Shown here one piece after another: positions 41,281 through 54,346 of a stretch of 64,000 nt of DNA. Within the stretch, counting starts at the first letter, position 1; each line of letters starts with the position of its first letter. The stretch lies in NCBI GenBank assembly GCA_024137785.1, contig JAHRHZ010000111.1, forward strand, positions 7,244,409 to 7,308,408, given 5' to 3'. Position numbers and translations under genes: made by a program. The notes beneath the pieces are model-generated. The model searched no databases, was not told where the DNA came from, and worked only from the letters and a program-made list of their open reading frames with translations. Source of the stretch: Ginglymostoma cirratum (lineage: Eukaryota).

Positions 41281-42159
41281 CAACTGTCACTGCGGAAACT
41301 ATCAGAGAGTGATTATTGCATCCAAAGGTTCAGGTTGATGGGGCTGAAAGACATTCAACAATCCAGAGTTAGCAAAATCAATTGGCAGAGGACTGACTTC
41401 AATAGGGCAATAACAGAGCTGTGCAGGAATGCATGGAACAAGAGGTGGAAAACACTAACTGAACAATGGCTACCTTCATACAGCAGATGATTTCAGCACA
41501 GTTAAAAGCATAATCCTTCAAATGGGAAAGGTAGGATAAACAAATCCAGGGTTCCCTGGATCACAAAGGAGGTAGAAATTAATATTACAAAGAAAAATAT
41601 GCTTACGACATGTTGTAAGGCAGAAAAGAGAATAAAGAACCAAGAGCAATTCCGAAGTTTTAGAGAGGAAGGAAAAAGAAATTAGACAAACAAAGCAGTA
41701 GTATAAGAAATGACTACTAGTTTAGGAGAATCCTAAGTCTTCTACAGGCAAATAAATAGCAAAAAAATGGTTAAAGGATTTCTAGAACTGATTTAAGACC
41801 ACAAAGGGAACTTACACACAATGGCAGGAGGTATAGTTGTGGTGTTAAATGAATACTTTGCATCTGTTTTACTGAGAAAAAGGGGATGAACTCCAGGCCA
41901 TGTTGACAGAGGACAGAACTCTTGTTACTAAAAAGGTTCAAAATGAATACAAGAAAAGTCTTGGATAGACTATTAGCACTTAAAGTTGACAAGGCAGAGG
42001 GGCCCAATGAGAAACATCCAAGGATTTTAAAGAAAGCGAGAGTAGAAATTACAGGGATTCTGGTCATAATCTTTCAGTCTTCCCTGGAATCAAGACTGGA
42101 GAATTGTGAACATTACTGCATTGTTCAAGAAGGGCCTAAAGGATAGCAATTACAGACCA

Positions 42160-42291
42160 GAGATAGCAGGAACTGCAGATGCTGGAGAATCTGAGATAAC
42201 AAGGTGTAGAGCTGGATGAACACACCAGGCCAAGCAGCATCAGAGGAGCAGGAAGGCTGACGTTTTGGGCCTAGACCCTCTTTTCTGAAGA
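42160..42291. mobile_element. Same family, single arm, 16-bp TSD
   Basis: TSD agcaattacagaccag at 42145-42160 and 42292-42307. Confidence 0.75.
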
Positions 42292-42652
42292 AGCAATTAC
42301 AGACCAGTTTGTTTAACTTCAGTGGTGGGGAATCTTATTGAACAAATTATTTGAGATAAAATTAGTAGTCACATCGAGAAACATGGGTTGATTAGGAGGA
42401 GTTAGCATGGATTTCTAATGGTAAAATCATGCTTAACTCACTTGAGGCTTCACGAACAGATAAAGAATCAATGAGGGTAATGCTGTTGATGTGTTATACA
42501 TGGATTTCCTAAAGTCAATTGAAACAGTGACACACAACAGACTAGTGACGAATGTTATTGGTCATTGTACAAAAAGAACAATAGAAATGTGGATACGAAA
42601 TTGGCTGAGTGATCGGAAACAGAGAGTAACAGTCAACTGACATTTTTCCAGT

Positions 42653-43802
42653 CAAAGAACAAAGAAAATTACAGCACAGGAACAGGCCCTTTGGCCCTCC
42701 AAGCCTGTGCCGATCCAGATCCTCTATCTAAACCTATCACCTATTTTCCAAGGATCTGTATCCCTCTGCTCCCTACCCATTCACGTATCTGCCTAGATAC
42801 ATCTTAAATGACGCTATCGTGCTCGCCTCTACCACCTCCGCCGGCAACGCGTTAAAGGCACCCACCACCCTCTGCGTCTTTATGCAGGTTCCATGCATAA
42901 CTTTCCACGCATATCTCCCTTAAACTTTTCCCCTCTCACCTTGAAATCGTGACCCCTAATAACTGAGTCCCCCACTCTGGGAAAAAACTTCTTGCTATCC
43001 ACCTGGTCTATACCTCTCATGACTTTGTAGACCTCAGTCAGATCCCCCCTCAACCTCCATCTTTTTAATGTAAATAATCCTAATCTACTCAACCTGTCTT
43101 CATAGCTAGTACGCTCCATACCAAGCAACATCCTGGTGAACGTCCTTTGCACCCTCGCCAAAGCATCCACATCCTTTTGGTAAAGTGGCGACCAGAACTG
43201 TATGGAGTATTCCAAATGTGATCAAACCAAAGTCCTATACAACTGTAACATGACCTTCCAACTCTTGTACTCAATACCCTGTCCGATGAATGAAAGCAGG
43301 CTGTATGCCTTCTTGACCCCTCTATCGACCTGCGTTGCCACCTTCAGGGTACAATGGACCTGAACACCCAGATCTCTCTGTGCATCAATTTTCCCAGGGC
43401 TTTTCCATTTACCATATAATTCGCTCCTGAATTGGATCTTCCAAAATGCATCACCTTGCATTTGCCTGGATTGAACTCCATCTGTCATTTCTCTGCCCAA
43501 CTCTCCAATCTATCTATATTCTGCTGCATTCTCCGACAGTCCCCTTCACTATCTTCTACTCCACCAGTCTTAGTGTCATCTGCAAACTTGCTAATCAGAT
43601 CATTTGAACCTTCCTCCAGATCATTTATGTATATCACAAACAACTGTGGTCCCAACACGGATCCCTGTGGAACACCACTGGTCGCAGTTCTCCATTTTGA
43701 GAAACTCCCTTCCAGTACAACTCTCTGTATCTTGTTGCCCAGCCAATTCTCTATCCATCTAGCTAGTACACCCTGGACCCCGTGTGACTTCACTTTCTCC
43801 AT
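42653..43802 (-). mobile_element. Young 5'-truncated CR1 LINE
   Basis: SGVPQGSVLGPQLFVIYINDL, ISKFADDTKTGG, QFWSPLYQKD; tail aaagaacaaagaaaattacagc. Confidence 0.9.
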
Positions 43803-44194
43803 TGGAGGAAGATTTGTGGAGGTCCCGCGAGGTTGGTTTCAAGACCCTTCCAGTCCCCAATATTTATTAATAATCTAGATCTTCGTGTGTAGGAGACAAT
43901 TTCAACATTAGTAGATGACACAAAACTTGGAAAAACTGTAAACTGAAAGGAGGGTAGTGTGGAACTCCAAAAAGATACTGACAATTTCATGGAATGGGCA
44001 GAAACGTGGCAGATGGGTTTCAATGCAGAGAAGTGAGAGTAGATGTGCTTTAGTAGGAAGAACAGAGAAGGACAATATAAAATATAAGGTAAAATTCTAA
44101 ATAGGGTACAGGAGATGGACCTGGGTGTATTTGCATAGATTACTGAAGGTGGCAGTGCAGATGGAGACAGCAGTTAAAGCATAGTGTCCTCAGT

Positions 44195-44930
44195 CTCTGA
44201 CCTGCTCTTGAAGCCACAATATTTATATGGTGAATACACTTGAGTTTCTAGTCAATGGTAACCCCCAGGATGTTGACAGCTGAGGATTCAGTGATGGTAA
44301 CGCCACTGAATATCAAACAGCAGTGGTTAGATTGTCTCTTATGTGTGATGGTCATTGCCTGGCACTTGTTACTTATCACTTGGTAGGCCAGACCTGGATA
44401 TCGTCCAGACCTTGTTGCATTTGTTTGAACATGCACTGCTTCAGTATCAGAGGAATTGTAAATGGTGCTGAACATTGTGCAATCATCCCCAATTCTGACT
44501 TTATGATGGAGGGAAGGTCACTGATGAAGCAGCTGAAGATGGTTGGGCCTAAGACGCTACCCTGAAGAACTCCTGAAGAGATGTCCTGCAGCAGAGATGA
44601 CTGACCTCCAACAACCACAACCATCTTCTTTGGTGTTAGGTACGACTCCAACCAGTGGAGAGTTTGCCCCGATTCCCATCGATTCCAGTTTTGCTGGGGC
44701 TCCTTGATTCCACACTTGGTCAAATATGACCTTCATGTTAAGGACTGTTACTCCCACCTCACCTCTAGAAATCAGCTCTCTTGTCTATGTTTAAACCAAA
44801 ACTGTAATGAGATCAGGAGCTGAGTGGGCCTGGTGGAACGTCACTGGGCAGGTGCTGTTTGATAGTTCTATTAATGACATCTTCCATCACTTTACTGATG
44901 ATCAAGAGTAGACTGATGGGGTGGTCTTAA
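44195..44930 (-). mobile_element. CR1/L2-clade RT fragment
   Basis: SGVLQGSVLGPTIFSCFISDLP and NILGVTID motifs. Confidence 0.8.
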
Positions 44931-46479
44931 TGAAATGATGATTATGTTACAAAAGAGAAGACTGAGGGTTAACTGTAGATTTAAAATAACAAAATATTTG
45001 GGTAGACACTGTTAGAGTTGTTTAACTATTAAACTAAAGAATTGAACTATTTGATCCTTTCACCCTGCTCCACGATTCAACAAGTCTATGGCTGATCAGC
45101 TATTTCAACCTCACCATCAGGCACTATTCCCATATCCACAAAAGTGTTTGATTGTGAACTTTACTGACCTCTGTCTCAAATATACCCGACCAGCGAGTAT
45201 CCACAGTTCTCCGGGGTGGAGACTTTCAAGGTTCACAACCCTTTGAGTGGGGTATTTTCTCCCCTTGGAAGCTTCCCTCAATGGCCAACACTTTGGTGGT
45301 CTCACCAAAGTCCTACATAAATATATAGTCCTAAAGTTGTTGTAATTATCAGATGTTTGGAAGTAGAAGCATTGGAATTAGAGACAAAGATCAAGTCAGA
45401 GGGAAAATTGCATGGATGCTGGCTTTAGGCATATCAGAAGGGTACTAATTTCGGTCTGTTATGTTGTCACAGCTGTAAACAAGTCTCTGAATAACTTCTG
45501 AAAACTTGCATCCTCGCTATTTCTTAATTCTGCCCAGAATCCATCCAGAAGACTTTTAAATTTAGAAATAAAACAAACCAATCTTGTCCAATTGCAAATA
45601 GGGACCAAATCATTAGTTTCTCACAAGCTCTCTCCAACTATCCATTATAAATTCATGTGAGAGGATTATCATTCAAGTTAGAGCCACGTTCAGATTCCCT
45701 CAACATCAAGCACAAAACAAAGTTTGCTTGACCATCACCCATCTGATGTTTGTTTGGAAACACCTGACTTACCTGCATCTTCAGAGGGAGTTTGTGGAGA
45801 GGCAACCAACTCCAATTTCTGGCAAGCTCTGAAAGCTCCAACACATGCACAAACAGTACAAGCTGCAGATACTCAATCCAGCATTCTGGGTTCTTCAGTG
45901 GCTGTTACACAAAAAAAAATAGTGTGCCTGCGCAGAGTGGTGGTGTGAAACTCTGACTACTGCACAAGTGGCAGTCGGGATAAAGCAAGCCAGGGAACTG
46001 GATGTTAGTTAGAAGCTGGGAGAAGGGATTTCAGACAGTTCTGTGTTTAGCAGGTTTCAGGCAGTAAGGATGCTCAAGAAGTCTTGGGAGTGGCAAACGT
46101 GGCAGAAGGTGGTTGGCGACAAAGTGAGTGCTCAGAAGCAGCTCTGGGTGCCTTTGAAAATTCAGTGCACTTGAGACCAGGGTGAAAGAAACCCAAAAGC
46201 AATATTTGCTTGATGTAGCTGAGAAATATTGAAGTTGAGAAAACCCTCGCAGCAGTGCACAGCTTAATTGCAATAGCTCACTGTGGAACGGCTGGAATTA
46301 TGCCCATGAGAAGGTACTAGTGTGCAGCCTCAGAAACCCAATGGAATAGAGAAAAAGCAACTGTACATCCAGGACATTCAAAGAGTATGGCGGAGCAGCA
46401 TTTGATAAATTTCCAAAGCTTGATCTTTGAAAATGAAGAATTGGAATCCCTTCAAAAACAGACAAATAACCCCAAATAA

Positions 46480-46656
46480 GATAACAAGGTGCAGAGTTGG
46501 GTGAACACAGCAGGCCAAGCAGCATCAGAGGAGCAGGAAAGCTGACGTTTCGGGCCTAGACCCGAAACGTCAGCTTTCCTGCTCGGCCTGCTGTGTTCAC
46601 CCAACTCTACACCTTGTTATCTCAGATTCTATAGCATCTGCAGTTCCTACTATCTC
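46480..46656. mobile_element. Same family, foldback copy
   Basis: Central near-palindrome gctgacgtttcgggcctagacccgaaacgtcagc; flanks ccaaata(a/t)gat on both sides. Confidence 0.75.
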
Positions 46657-48359
46657 CAAATATGATGCTGTGGGAAATGAACTTATTCCAGAATTGTAGA
46701 GTAGTTTTCACCCATTGAGAGGTACCAAAGATATGATGTTTACTGCGTCGCAAATTCAAGTGTAAGTATTTGCACGACAGGCTGTACATGATTTTTTTGA
46801 CCTCAAAAATCCTTTTGACACTTACCAATTTCAAAGGCTTAAAGGAGGCATCTTTCTCAAATTTAGTTGCCTTCAGAAAGTTGTCATTACTCTCTTTCCA
46901 TGATGGCACTAACAGAACTATTACAAATCTTATCTAAGCGAAAACATTAAAGTAAGGAAAGACAAGAAAGCATTGTCATAATGCCAGCTCTTCAATGTTC
47001 TTGTTGTAAGATTACACCTCAGCTGTGGGGATTTTCTACAGGACAGGAACTGTTCAATTTATGCAGTCTTCAATTCCAAAACCAAATAACTCCATCTCCA
47101 TCGTAAAGCAGCATTCAGGTGAGGTTAGTGTGTACATTCACTCAAAAACTAAGTTAAAGTCATTGCCTACTCTTTCTCTGAAGCATATGAGCAGATGGAT
47201 TCTTGTCACCCAGAATTCTAAAGTCGTCTTCCAACCAGTTGCCACAGCAGAACAGCTCTCCCCATTCATTTAGGAGCAGTGGAGAGAAACTGGAAAACGT
47301 AGACCATTTTCCATATCTCTGAAGCTGACTGTAGGGGGCATATTTTTAAGATGAGGGGAAAAACATTCTAAAAAGACATGAGGGGTAAATGTTTTGACAC
47401 GGAGGGTGGTTCATGTGTGGAATGAATTTCCTGACAAAGTGGTGGACGCAGGCACAGTTACAACATTTAAAAGGCACTTAGATAAGTACAAGAATAGGAA
47501 ATGTTTGGAGGGATATGGGCCAGGAGCAGGCAGATGGGATTAGTTTAGTTTGGGATGGACTGGTTGGACCGAAAAGTCTGTTTCTGCGCTGCATGATTGC
47601 ATGACTCTAAGATTTGGTGATCCTTTGTGTCCCAAACACTGGGGTGGGAGGAATTTACTCTCAAATTCATGGGATCTGATTAAGCACATCTGCTAGTTGA
47701 TGTGTTCTGCAGGGTTTTCAACTGCAGTTCCTCTTTAAACCATATTCCAAATGTTAGCACAGGTTATACATATACACGGCAGATTGTGTTAGCTGTCCAA
47801 CTTTGTCTAATAAAGCTCATTTCGTTTACTCAAAACCATGGACTCTTATCACTTTATTCTCTTAAATATCTAGAATCACAACCTTCTGCTGTAAAACAGA
47901 AAAGCATTCCTTGTCCTGAAGCAGTTGATAACAACTCTGTAATCTTGTCGGGAATCATGACACTGTAGTCATTTCCTCAGAGTTAACCATCTACAAAATG
48001 AATTGCAGAAACTTACCAAGGATCCACTGACAGCGCTGTCCAAACCCACAAACTCTACCATTCAGCACAATAAAGGCAACAGGGCTACACCACCCCCTGC
48101 AAGTTCCTCTTCATGTCGTACGCCATCCTGATTTGGAACCGTAACACCATTCTTTCACTGTCACTGGGTCAAAATCCTGTAACAGCCTCCCTCACATCAG
48201 AAATGCCTATACTGTTCAGCAGGGGCTCACCACCTTCTTGAGGATAACTTGGGATGAACAAATGTTAGCTTTCCCAGAGATACACATCCTTAATACAAAT
48301 ACCAAAAACAACAGACACTAGTTCCAAAACCTTGATGGCTGCATCTGTTAATGACTTAC

Positions 48360-48485
48360 TTGGAAAGCTTTGCACTTCTCTTCCTTCAGCTGCTTTTCAA
48401 CTTCCACATGACGTGCCAGTCGATCCAATGTTGACAGAACTCTTTCCTTTTGCCAATCAATGTGATCTTTTGGTTTCTGTTGTTT
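48360..48485 (-). CDS. ZNF451: ZNF451 exon 4, coiled coil
   Basis: ttttcag|aaa...caa|gtaagt, 126 bp. Translates KQQKPKDHIDWQKERVLSTLDRLARHVEVEKQLKEEKCKAFQ (human KDHIDYQKDKVALTLARLARHVEVEKQQKEEK). Confidence 0.95.
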
Positions 48486-48954
48486 CTGAAAAAATATATA
48501 CACAAAATAGTAATTGTTAATAATGTTATTGCAAAAAAAATCAAAACAAACATTTGTCCTGAATTGTACGCATACACTATTTCTAAATTCATTCTCAGGA
48601 ACATAGATGCCAGACATTTAGATAAATCGACCTTTTTGGAGACGGTGTTACACTGCTCTGGTGCAGGTAGGACTTGAACCTACGTCTTCTGGCTCAGGGG
48701 TAGAGACACTATCAATTCCCTGGCAAGTGGGTGCCTTTCTTAATCCAGCGTTTTCATGGAATGACACTGAAGGAGACTATTTGCCCTACACTGTTCTGGT
48801 CATGCCTTTTTTCCATACAATATACTATGAAATTCAATGTACAAAAGGTAATTGGTACAATAGGAGGCATGAGCCTGGAGACAATTCATCCGTACTCAAT
48901 TTTTGAAAACACTTGGTCCATTCATCGACTTTTCTCTCCATTTCTTAAGAGTGA

Positions 48955-50420
48955 TCATAAGACGTAGGAGCAAAAGGCAGCAATTTGGGCCACTGAGTCT
49001 GCGCCACCATTCAATGAGATCATGACTGATCTGATTATACTCAACTCCACTTTCCTGCCTTTTCCCCATAACCCTAGACTGCCCTCATGTTAATAATCTC
49101 CATCTCAGCAATGATAGCCCTGTGGAAAGAATTCCACAATTTAATTAGGCTGAGACAAGAAATTCTTCCTCAACTTTATCCTAACTGGACAACCCCTTAG
49201 TCTGAGATAATGCACTCTGGTCTTAGTCTCTCTAACAGGGGAAAATGACATTTCCGCATCTACCCTGTCAAGTCACTAAAAATCTTACATGCTTCAGTAA
49301 GGTCTACTCTTATTCTTTTAAATTCTAAAGAGAATAAGCACAACTTACCCAGTCTCTCCTCAAATCCCCATTTTTATACTCCATTATCTTTGAAATAAAG
49401 CCCAATATTCCACTTGCCTTCCCTACAATCTGCAGTCTTCCTCCATTTAAATAGTATTCAGCTCTTCTATTCTTCCTGCCAAGGTGCACAATCTCTCATT
49501 TTGCCATATTATACCCCATTCGCCAAATTCTAGCCCAATCCCTTACCCTGGCTATGTCCCTTGCCGACTGTTATCCTCACCACTTGCCTTCCAACCTACT
49601 TTTGTATCATCCACAAACTTGGCCATTGTACATTAATTTTCCTTACCTAAGTCACTAATATGTTGTAAATAATGACCCAGCATTGATCCCTGCAGCACTC
49701 ACTTGCTGCAGATTGCCATCCTGAAAATGGTCCCCTTATTACAACTCTGCTCTTTTTTAGTTATCCAATCCTCTACCAATTCTAATATACTATCTCTAGC
49801 ACCATTGGCTCTTATCTTATTTAGAAGCATAACGTGTGTTACCATCTCAAACTCTTTCAGAAAATCCAAATAGATCACATCCCCCATTTTCCCCTTATCT
49901 ATCCTCCTTTTTACCTTCTTAAATAATTGCAATAAATTTTTCAGGCATGGCTTCCTCTTCATGAAAGTACACTGACTCTGCTTAGTAACATTTTGCATTT
50001 CTAAGTGCTCTGCTACTACATCCTTTATAACAGACTAATATTTTCCCAATAATTGACAGTTAGTCAACTGGCCTGTAGTTACTTGCTTTTTGTCTCCTTC
50101 CCTTCTTAAGTAAAAGTGTGACACTGGCAGCTTTGCAATCCTCTGGGACTGTTTCACAATGTAAGGATTCTTAAAAAGGTTATAACTAGTGCATCCACCA
50201 TCTCTGTAACCACTTCCTTTCAAATCCCAGAATGCATTCTATTGAGTCCAGAGGACTTATCGGATTTCAGCCCCATTACTTTCCCTAGCACTTTTTCTGG
50301 AGTGATAGTTATTGTATTTATTTGCTCTCCTCCTTTTGCCCCTTAAAAATTGAGTAATTTTGGGATGCTACTGATGTCTTTTGCTGTGAAGACTGATGAA
50401 GTAATTATTCAACTCATTCT
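48955..50420 (-). mobile_element. Decayed CR1 ORF2 and 3' UTR
   Basis: DVIYLDFLKEF...LLNKIRANG motif. Confidence 0.75.
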
Positions 50421-50834
50421 CAATTCACCAAATAGCTACAGTTCGGGGGCCTATAGACTACTGCCCTACTAATGTCGTCTTCTCTTTATGTATTACCTCT
50501 TCCTGGTGCAGTCATTCAGAGGTGAATAGCCTCCTTCTGCACCGTAACACTTCTGTGATATAGATTCTACATCTTCTGATCCAACATCATGTTTTGCTTT
50601 TGCACGTATTCCATCCCATACTAACTTGGTGTTGCTTGCTATCCTTCCCTTTCAATCTGTCCTTTGGACGTTCCTGTCCCATTCTAGGTAATACTATCCA
50701 AACAGCTACCCTATAAGGCTGCCATATCCTCTTGCTTGGTAAGCCTACATTCCCACTCTAATTAGTTAAAAGCCCTAGTAATTTGATTCACCAAGGCACT
50801 TGTCCTAGCAAATTCAACTGAAACCCATCCCATC

Positions 50835-51480
50835 TGTGACAATGCTGTGGCTTTGAGAGGTTATTTTGTCTTTTTTTTGAAAGAAAAGGTTGCAAGGCAG
50901 AGGCAACGAGCAGTCTACCAGGACCACTTGAGTAAACAGCTTGGGAGGCCTTGGGTGTTTTTTTTGTTTAAAAGCAGCCTGAATAGGTGTGCCCAGCTCT
51001 GTCAGATCAGGATTTCTGGTTTTTGGTTTTTCAACAGCATCAGAAGCTACTGGGGTCTCAACAGAGTTGGCAGCTTTAGTGAATGTCTCCTGGCTGCTAC
51101 TCTCTCTGAATATTCTCTTGATGATTTTTCTTCCCGGATTGGAGAACTGCACGTGAGAATCTGTGTCTGAATTTGCCTTTTGGCCAAGGGGTGTGTTTAT
51201 GGGATGTGACTATATTGGAACAGTTAATTAGTAACAGTCACTGCGTCTATTATTTGGTTAAATTTTCCAACAACGTTAAGTTGTTCTAAGTTCTTCTTTC
51301 TTCTGTTTGTATTTTATCAATAGTGTTTAAATAAATTGTTTTCGCTTAAATTTGAGTAGTTTGACCAGCCGCATTGCATCTGGTACATGGCACTCCACAT
51401 TTGCCTTTAAAATAAGAAAGGGTTAGGGTCTAGTCTACCGTCTTAAAATATTTTGAGGGGGTCCGGTCTGGTCCGTAACA
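50835..51480 (+). mobile_element. Solo LTR (Gypsy-type) inserted in a CR1 fragment
   Basis: TGTGAC...GTAACA termini, 4-bp target-site duplication CATC/CACC and an internal AATAAA near 51330. The flanks rejoin into CR1-like sequence (cccatc|ggaacagctc). Confidence 0.7.
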
Positions 51481-52448
51481 CACCGGAACAGCTCTCTTCT
51501 ACCACAGTACTGGTGCTGGTGGTGCATGACATGAAAATAAGTACCATTGCCAAGGGAGACATGTTCCAGATGAGGCCGGTGTACATTTAAACATAACTCC
51601 AGATATAACACAGAATGCCAGTCTTCTCAAAAAGGATAACATTTCCATATTTGTCATGGAAGTCAGGACCAGGTTTAGGCTGAACTTTTCTTGCTACAAC
51701 TTGGTGAATGCTCCAACCGGATAGAGAGCAGGCTGCTGGTCAAAGGCATTATCTTCACCATTAAAAGCCAACCACACCTGATATACACAGCCAGTCTCTC
51801 ATCTGAGTACACACCAGGCCCTAGTCTGCTTAGCTTCTAAAAGCAAACAAGATTGGACATTTTCAGACTCTTGCGGTTGGATCAAGGGCCACCTAACTAG
51901 CTCATTCCCATGTTCTTTCCCTGTAGCCCTGTAATTTTTTTCTCCAAATACACAGTGAATTACTTTTGAACATTGGTTCAGTCGTATGGAAAATTCTGGA
52001 AAAAGGAGGCAAGCGCTCAGCAAAGGTTATTAAAGCTTCCAGAACAAGTAATAGGACAAGAAATTTTGATCCAAGTGCCCAGATGTTAGGAGTACTTTGC
52101 AGGGTTAACTGAGCTTGGTGAAAAGTCAATTGTGAGGCATCTTTATGAAGGTGTCTGTTTAAATTAAATTCACCACAGCGGCTCTGGATCATTTAGATAG
52201 TACCCGTGCTTTAATCATTTTGGAAATTTCAACATGGATATATTTACATGGGCTTAGAGAAAGAACCCTGAAGGGGTTGAATTGGGTACCTATGCAAAGA
52301 GCTAGTAGAGACACAATGGTTCAAATGGTGTCATTCTATGATTAGTAGCACACAGATAAGAGGGGCCAAGGAGCAATTATTTGAAAGGAACGGATGCACT
52401 TTTATCACGGAGATCTCTAAAGCTGGTAGCAACAAACTGACCACACTC

Positions 52449-53770
52449 ACCTAAGTCCCAGCCCTAACCCTAAACCTAATCCTAGCCCCAACCACAACCC
52501 AAGCCCGCAATCTACCTCTAACCCTAGACCTAACCATAACCCGAGCCCAAATCAGCATCTGAACCCTAACCCTAGCCATACCCCTAAACTATCCCTAACC
52601 ATAGCCCCCGCCCTAAAGCAACCCTAGCCCAAGGCCTAATCTTAATCTGAAGCCTAATGCTAACGCTAACCATAGCCCAAGACTTAAACTTAACCCTAAC
52701 ACTACTGACCTTAACCACAACCATAACCTTTGCCTCAAACCTCAGGAAAGTAATGGCCTCGTGGTATTATCAGTGGACTGTTAATCAGATAACATTCTGG
52801 GAACCCAGGTTCAAATCCAGCCATGGCAAATGACTGAATTTGAATTCAATAACATATCTGGAATTAAGAATCTAATGATGACCATGAACCCATTATTCAT
52901 TGTTGGGAAAAACGCATCTGGTTCACGAATCCTCTTGAGGGAAGGAAGCTGCCATGCTTACCTGGTCTGGCTTACATGTGAGTCCAGACCCACAGCAATG
53001 TGTCTGACTCTGAACTGCCCTGCGGGCAATTAGGGATGGGCAATAAATGCTGCCTAGCCAGCAATGCCCTCATTGTTAATCAATTTTTAAAACAACTTAA
53101 TTCTGGCCCAAGACCACAACTTAACTCTAACCCTAAGCCTAGCCCTTACCCTAAACCTAACCATAGCCGTAACCCAAAGCCTAACCTTAATGCTAATCCT
53201 AAACCCAGCCCAAACCTTAACCTGAAGAGTGACCCCAATCCCAGCCCAAACCCTAACCTGAACAGTGAATCCATCCTCAACCCTAATCCTAACCTTAATT
53301 TTAACTCTTGCCCTAAACCTAACCTCAACCCTAGACCGAGCCCTAACAGTAAACATAACGGTCAACTAAGTCCTAGCCCTTACCCTAAAGTTCAAGCTTG
53401 AAAATTAACCCTAACCAATTCCCAACCCTGACCTAAGGTCCTCCCCAGACCAAGGCCTAAACTTAACACTAAGTCTAGCTCTAACCTAAACCCTAACATG
53501 AGCCCAGCCCAAATCCTAACGCTAACCTAAACCCTAACAATAACCCAAGGCGTCACTGTATCTGTAACCCTATGTATAAGCCTAAACCTATCCCCATCCC
53601 CAGCCCCAGCCCTAACCCAATCATAACCCTAGACTGAATCCCAGCTCTAACACTAACCCTAACCCTCACTGAAGACCTAATCCTACCATTACTTTAACTT
53701 TTTGTCCCTGGCCCCGGCCCAAGCCCTAGTCGTGACCCCAGGCCCGGCCCGGCCCTGGCCCTGGCCCAGG
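52449..53770. repeat. Degenerate telomere-like (CCCTAA)n tract interrupted by a SINE
   Basis: Hexamer periodicity (ccctaa, cctaac, cccagc variants) over 52449-52742 and ~53095-53770. Confidence 0.85.
52743..53090 (+). mobile_element. tRNA-derived SINE with LINE-like 3' tail
   Basis: A-box-like tggcctcgtgg and B-box ggttcaaatcc; 3' end gggcaattagggatgggcaataaatgctg. Related copies on the minus strand at ~12550-12890 and ~58035-58470. Confidence 0.75.
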
Positions 53771-54265
53771 AATTCCAACAAAATGGTTGCGATACTATAA
53801 CCTGCCAAGACTTCTTTTATTGCCTTCATATAGAAACAGGGACTAGGCTTAATTCTTTGCCTGCAACATACAATGTAAAAACTTTTTGGTACCACATTAC
53901 CACCTTACAAACAAAAGTAACCAGGTGTTTCAGTGAACACAAGAACGAAGATTAATTTATGTTAAATACACAGCATAGAGACAGACCCAATTCATCTTTA
54001 ATGGCATTTTCACTCCGCACAATTTTTCTCCCATCTGACTTCATCTCACGCTATCAACATTTCCTTCTGTTCCTTTTTCTCATATGTGCAAATCCAGAAC
54101 TGGTCTCAATCACTCCTTGTAGCGGATCCCACATTCTCTGGTTCAAAGAGGTTTCTCCTGAATTCCTTGTTGGATTCATTTTTAAGTAACATTCCCTAGT
54201 TTTATATGCTGTATTCCTGTCCCCCTCAAATATCTTTATAACTACTAGTACAACCAAGTACTCAC

Positions 54266-54346
54266 CCTGTTCTGTGCACTGTTTCCTTCACTGTCTTCAT
54301 CACTCAATAGATCGATACATTCCAACACTGGCCTTAATGGCTGCTC
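54266..54346 (-). CDS. ZNF451: ZNF451 exon 3, PLRP motif and SIM2
   Basis: aag|gag...agg|gtgagt, 81 bp, phase 0/0. Translates EQPLRPVLECIDLLSDEDSEGNSAQNR (human EGPLRPVLEYIDLVSSDDE). Confidence 0.95.

Larger units (their letters stand above)
41290..44190 (+). mobile_element. Decayed CR1 ORF2 (+) interrupted by a foldback element and a younger CR1 (-)
   Basis: KVDKAEGPNEKHPRILKK and VDVLYMDF motifs. The element resumes at ~43803 (tggaggaag...VDDTKLG) after the insertion. Confidence 0.75.

Noticed and set aside
45450-46470. Possible LTR or unique coding segment
   Set aside because: No splice-compatible ZNF451 homology, no convincing termini and only short ORFs without motifs.
53000-53401. 133-aa Pro/Asn-rich ORF and the overlapping VRVR/LGLG ORFs
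   Set aside because: These are translations of the degenerate telomere-like hexamer repeat, and the start lies in a SINE.
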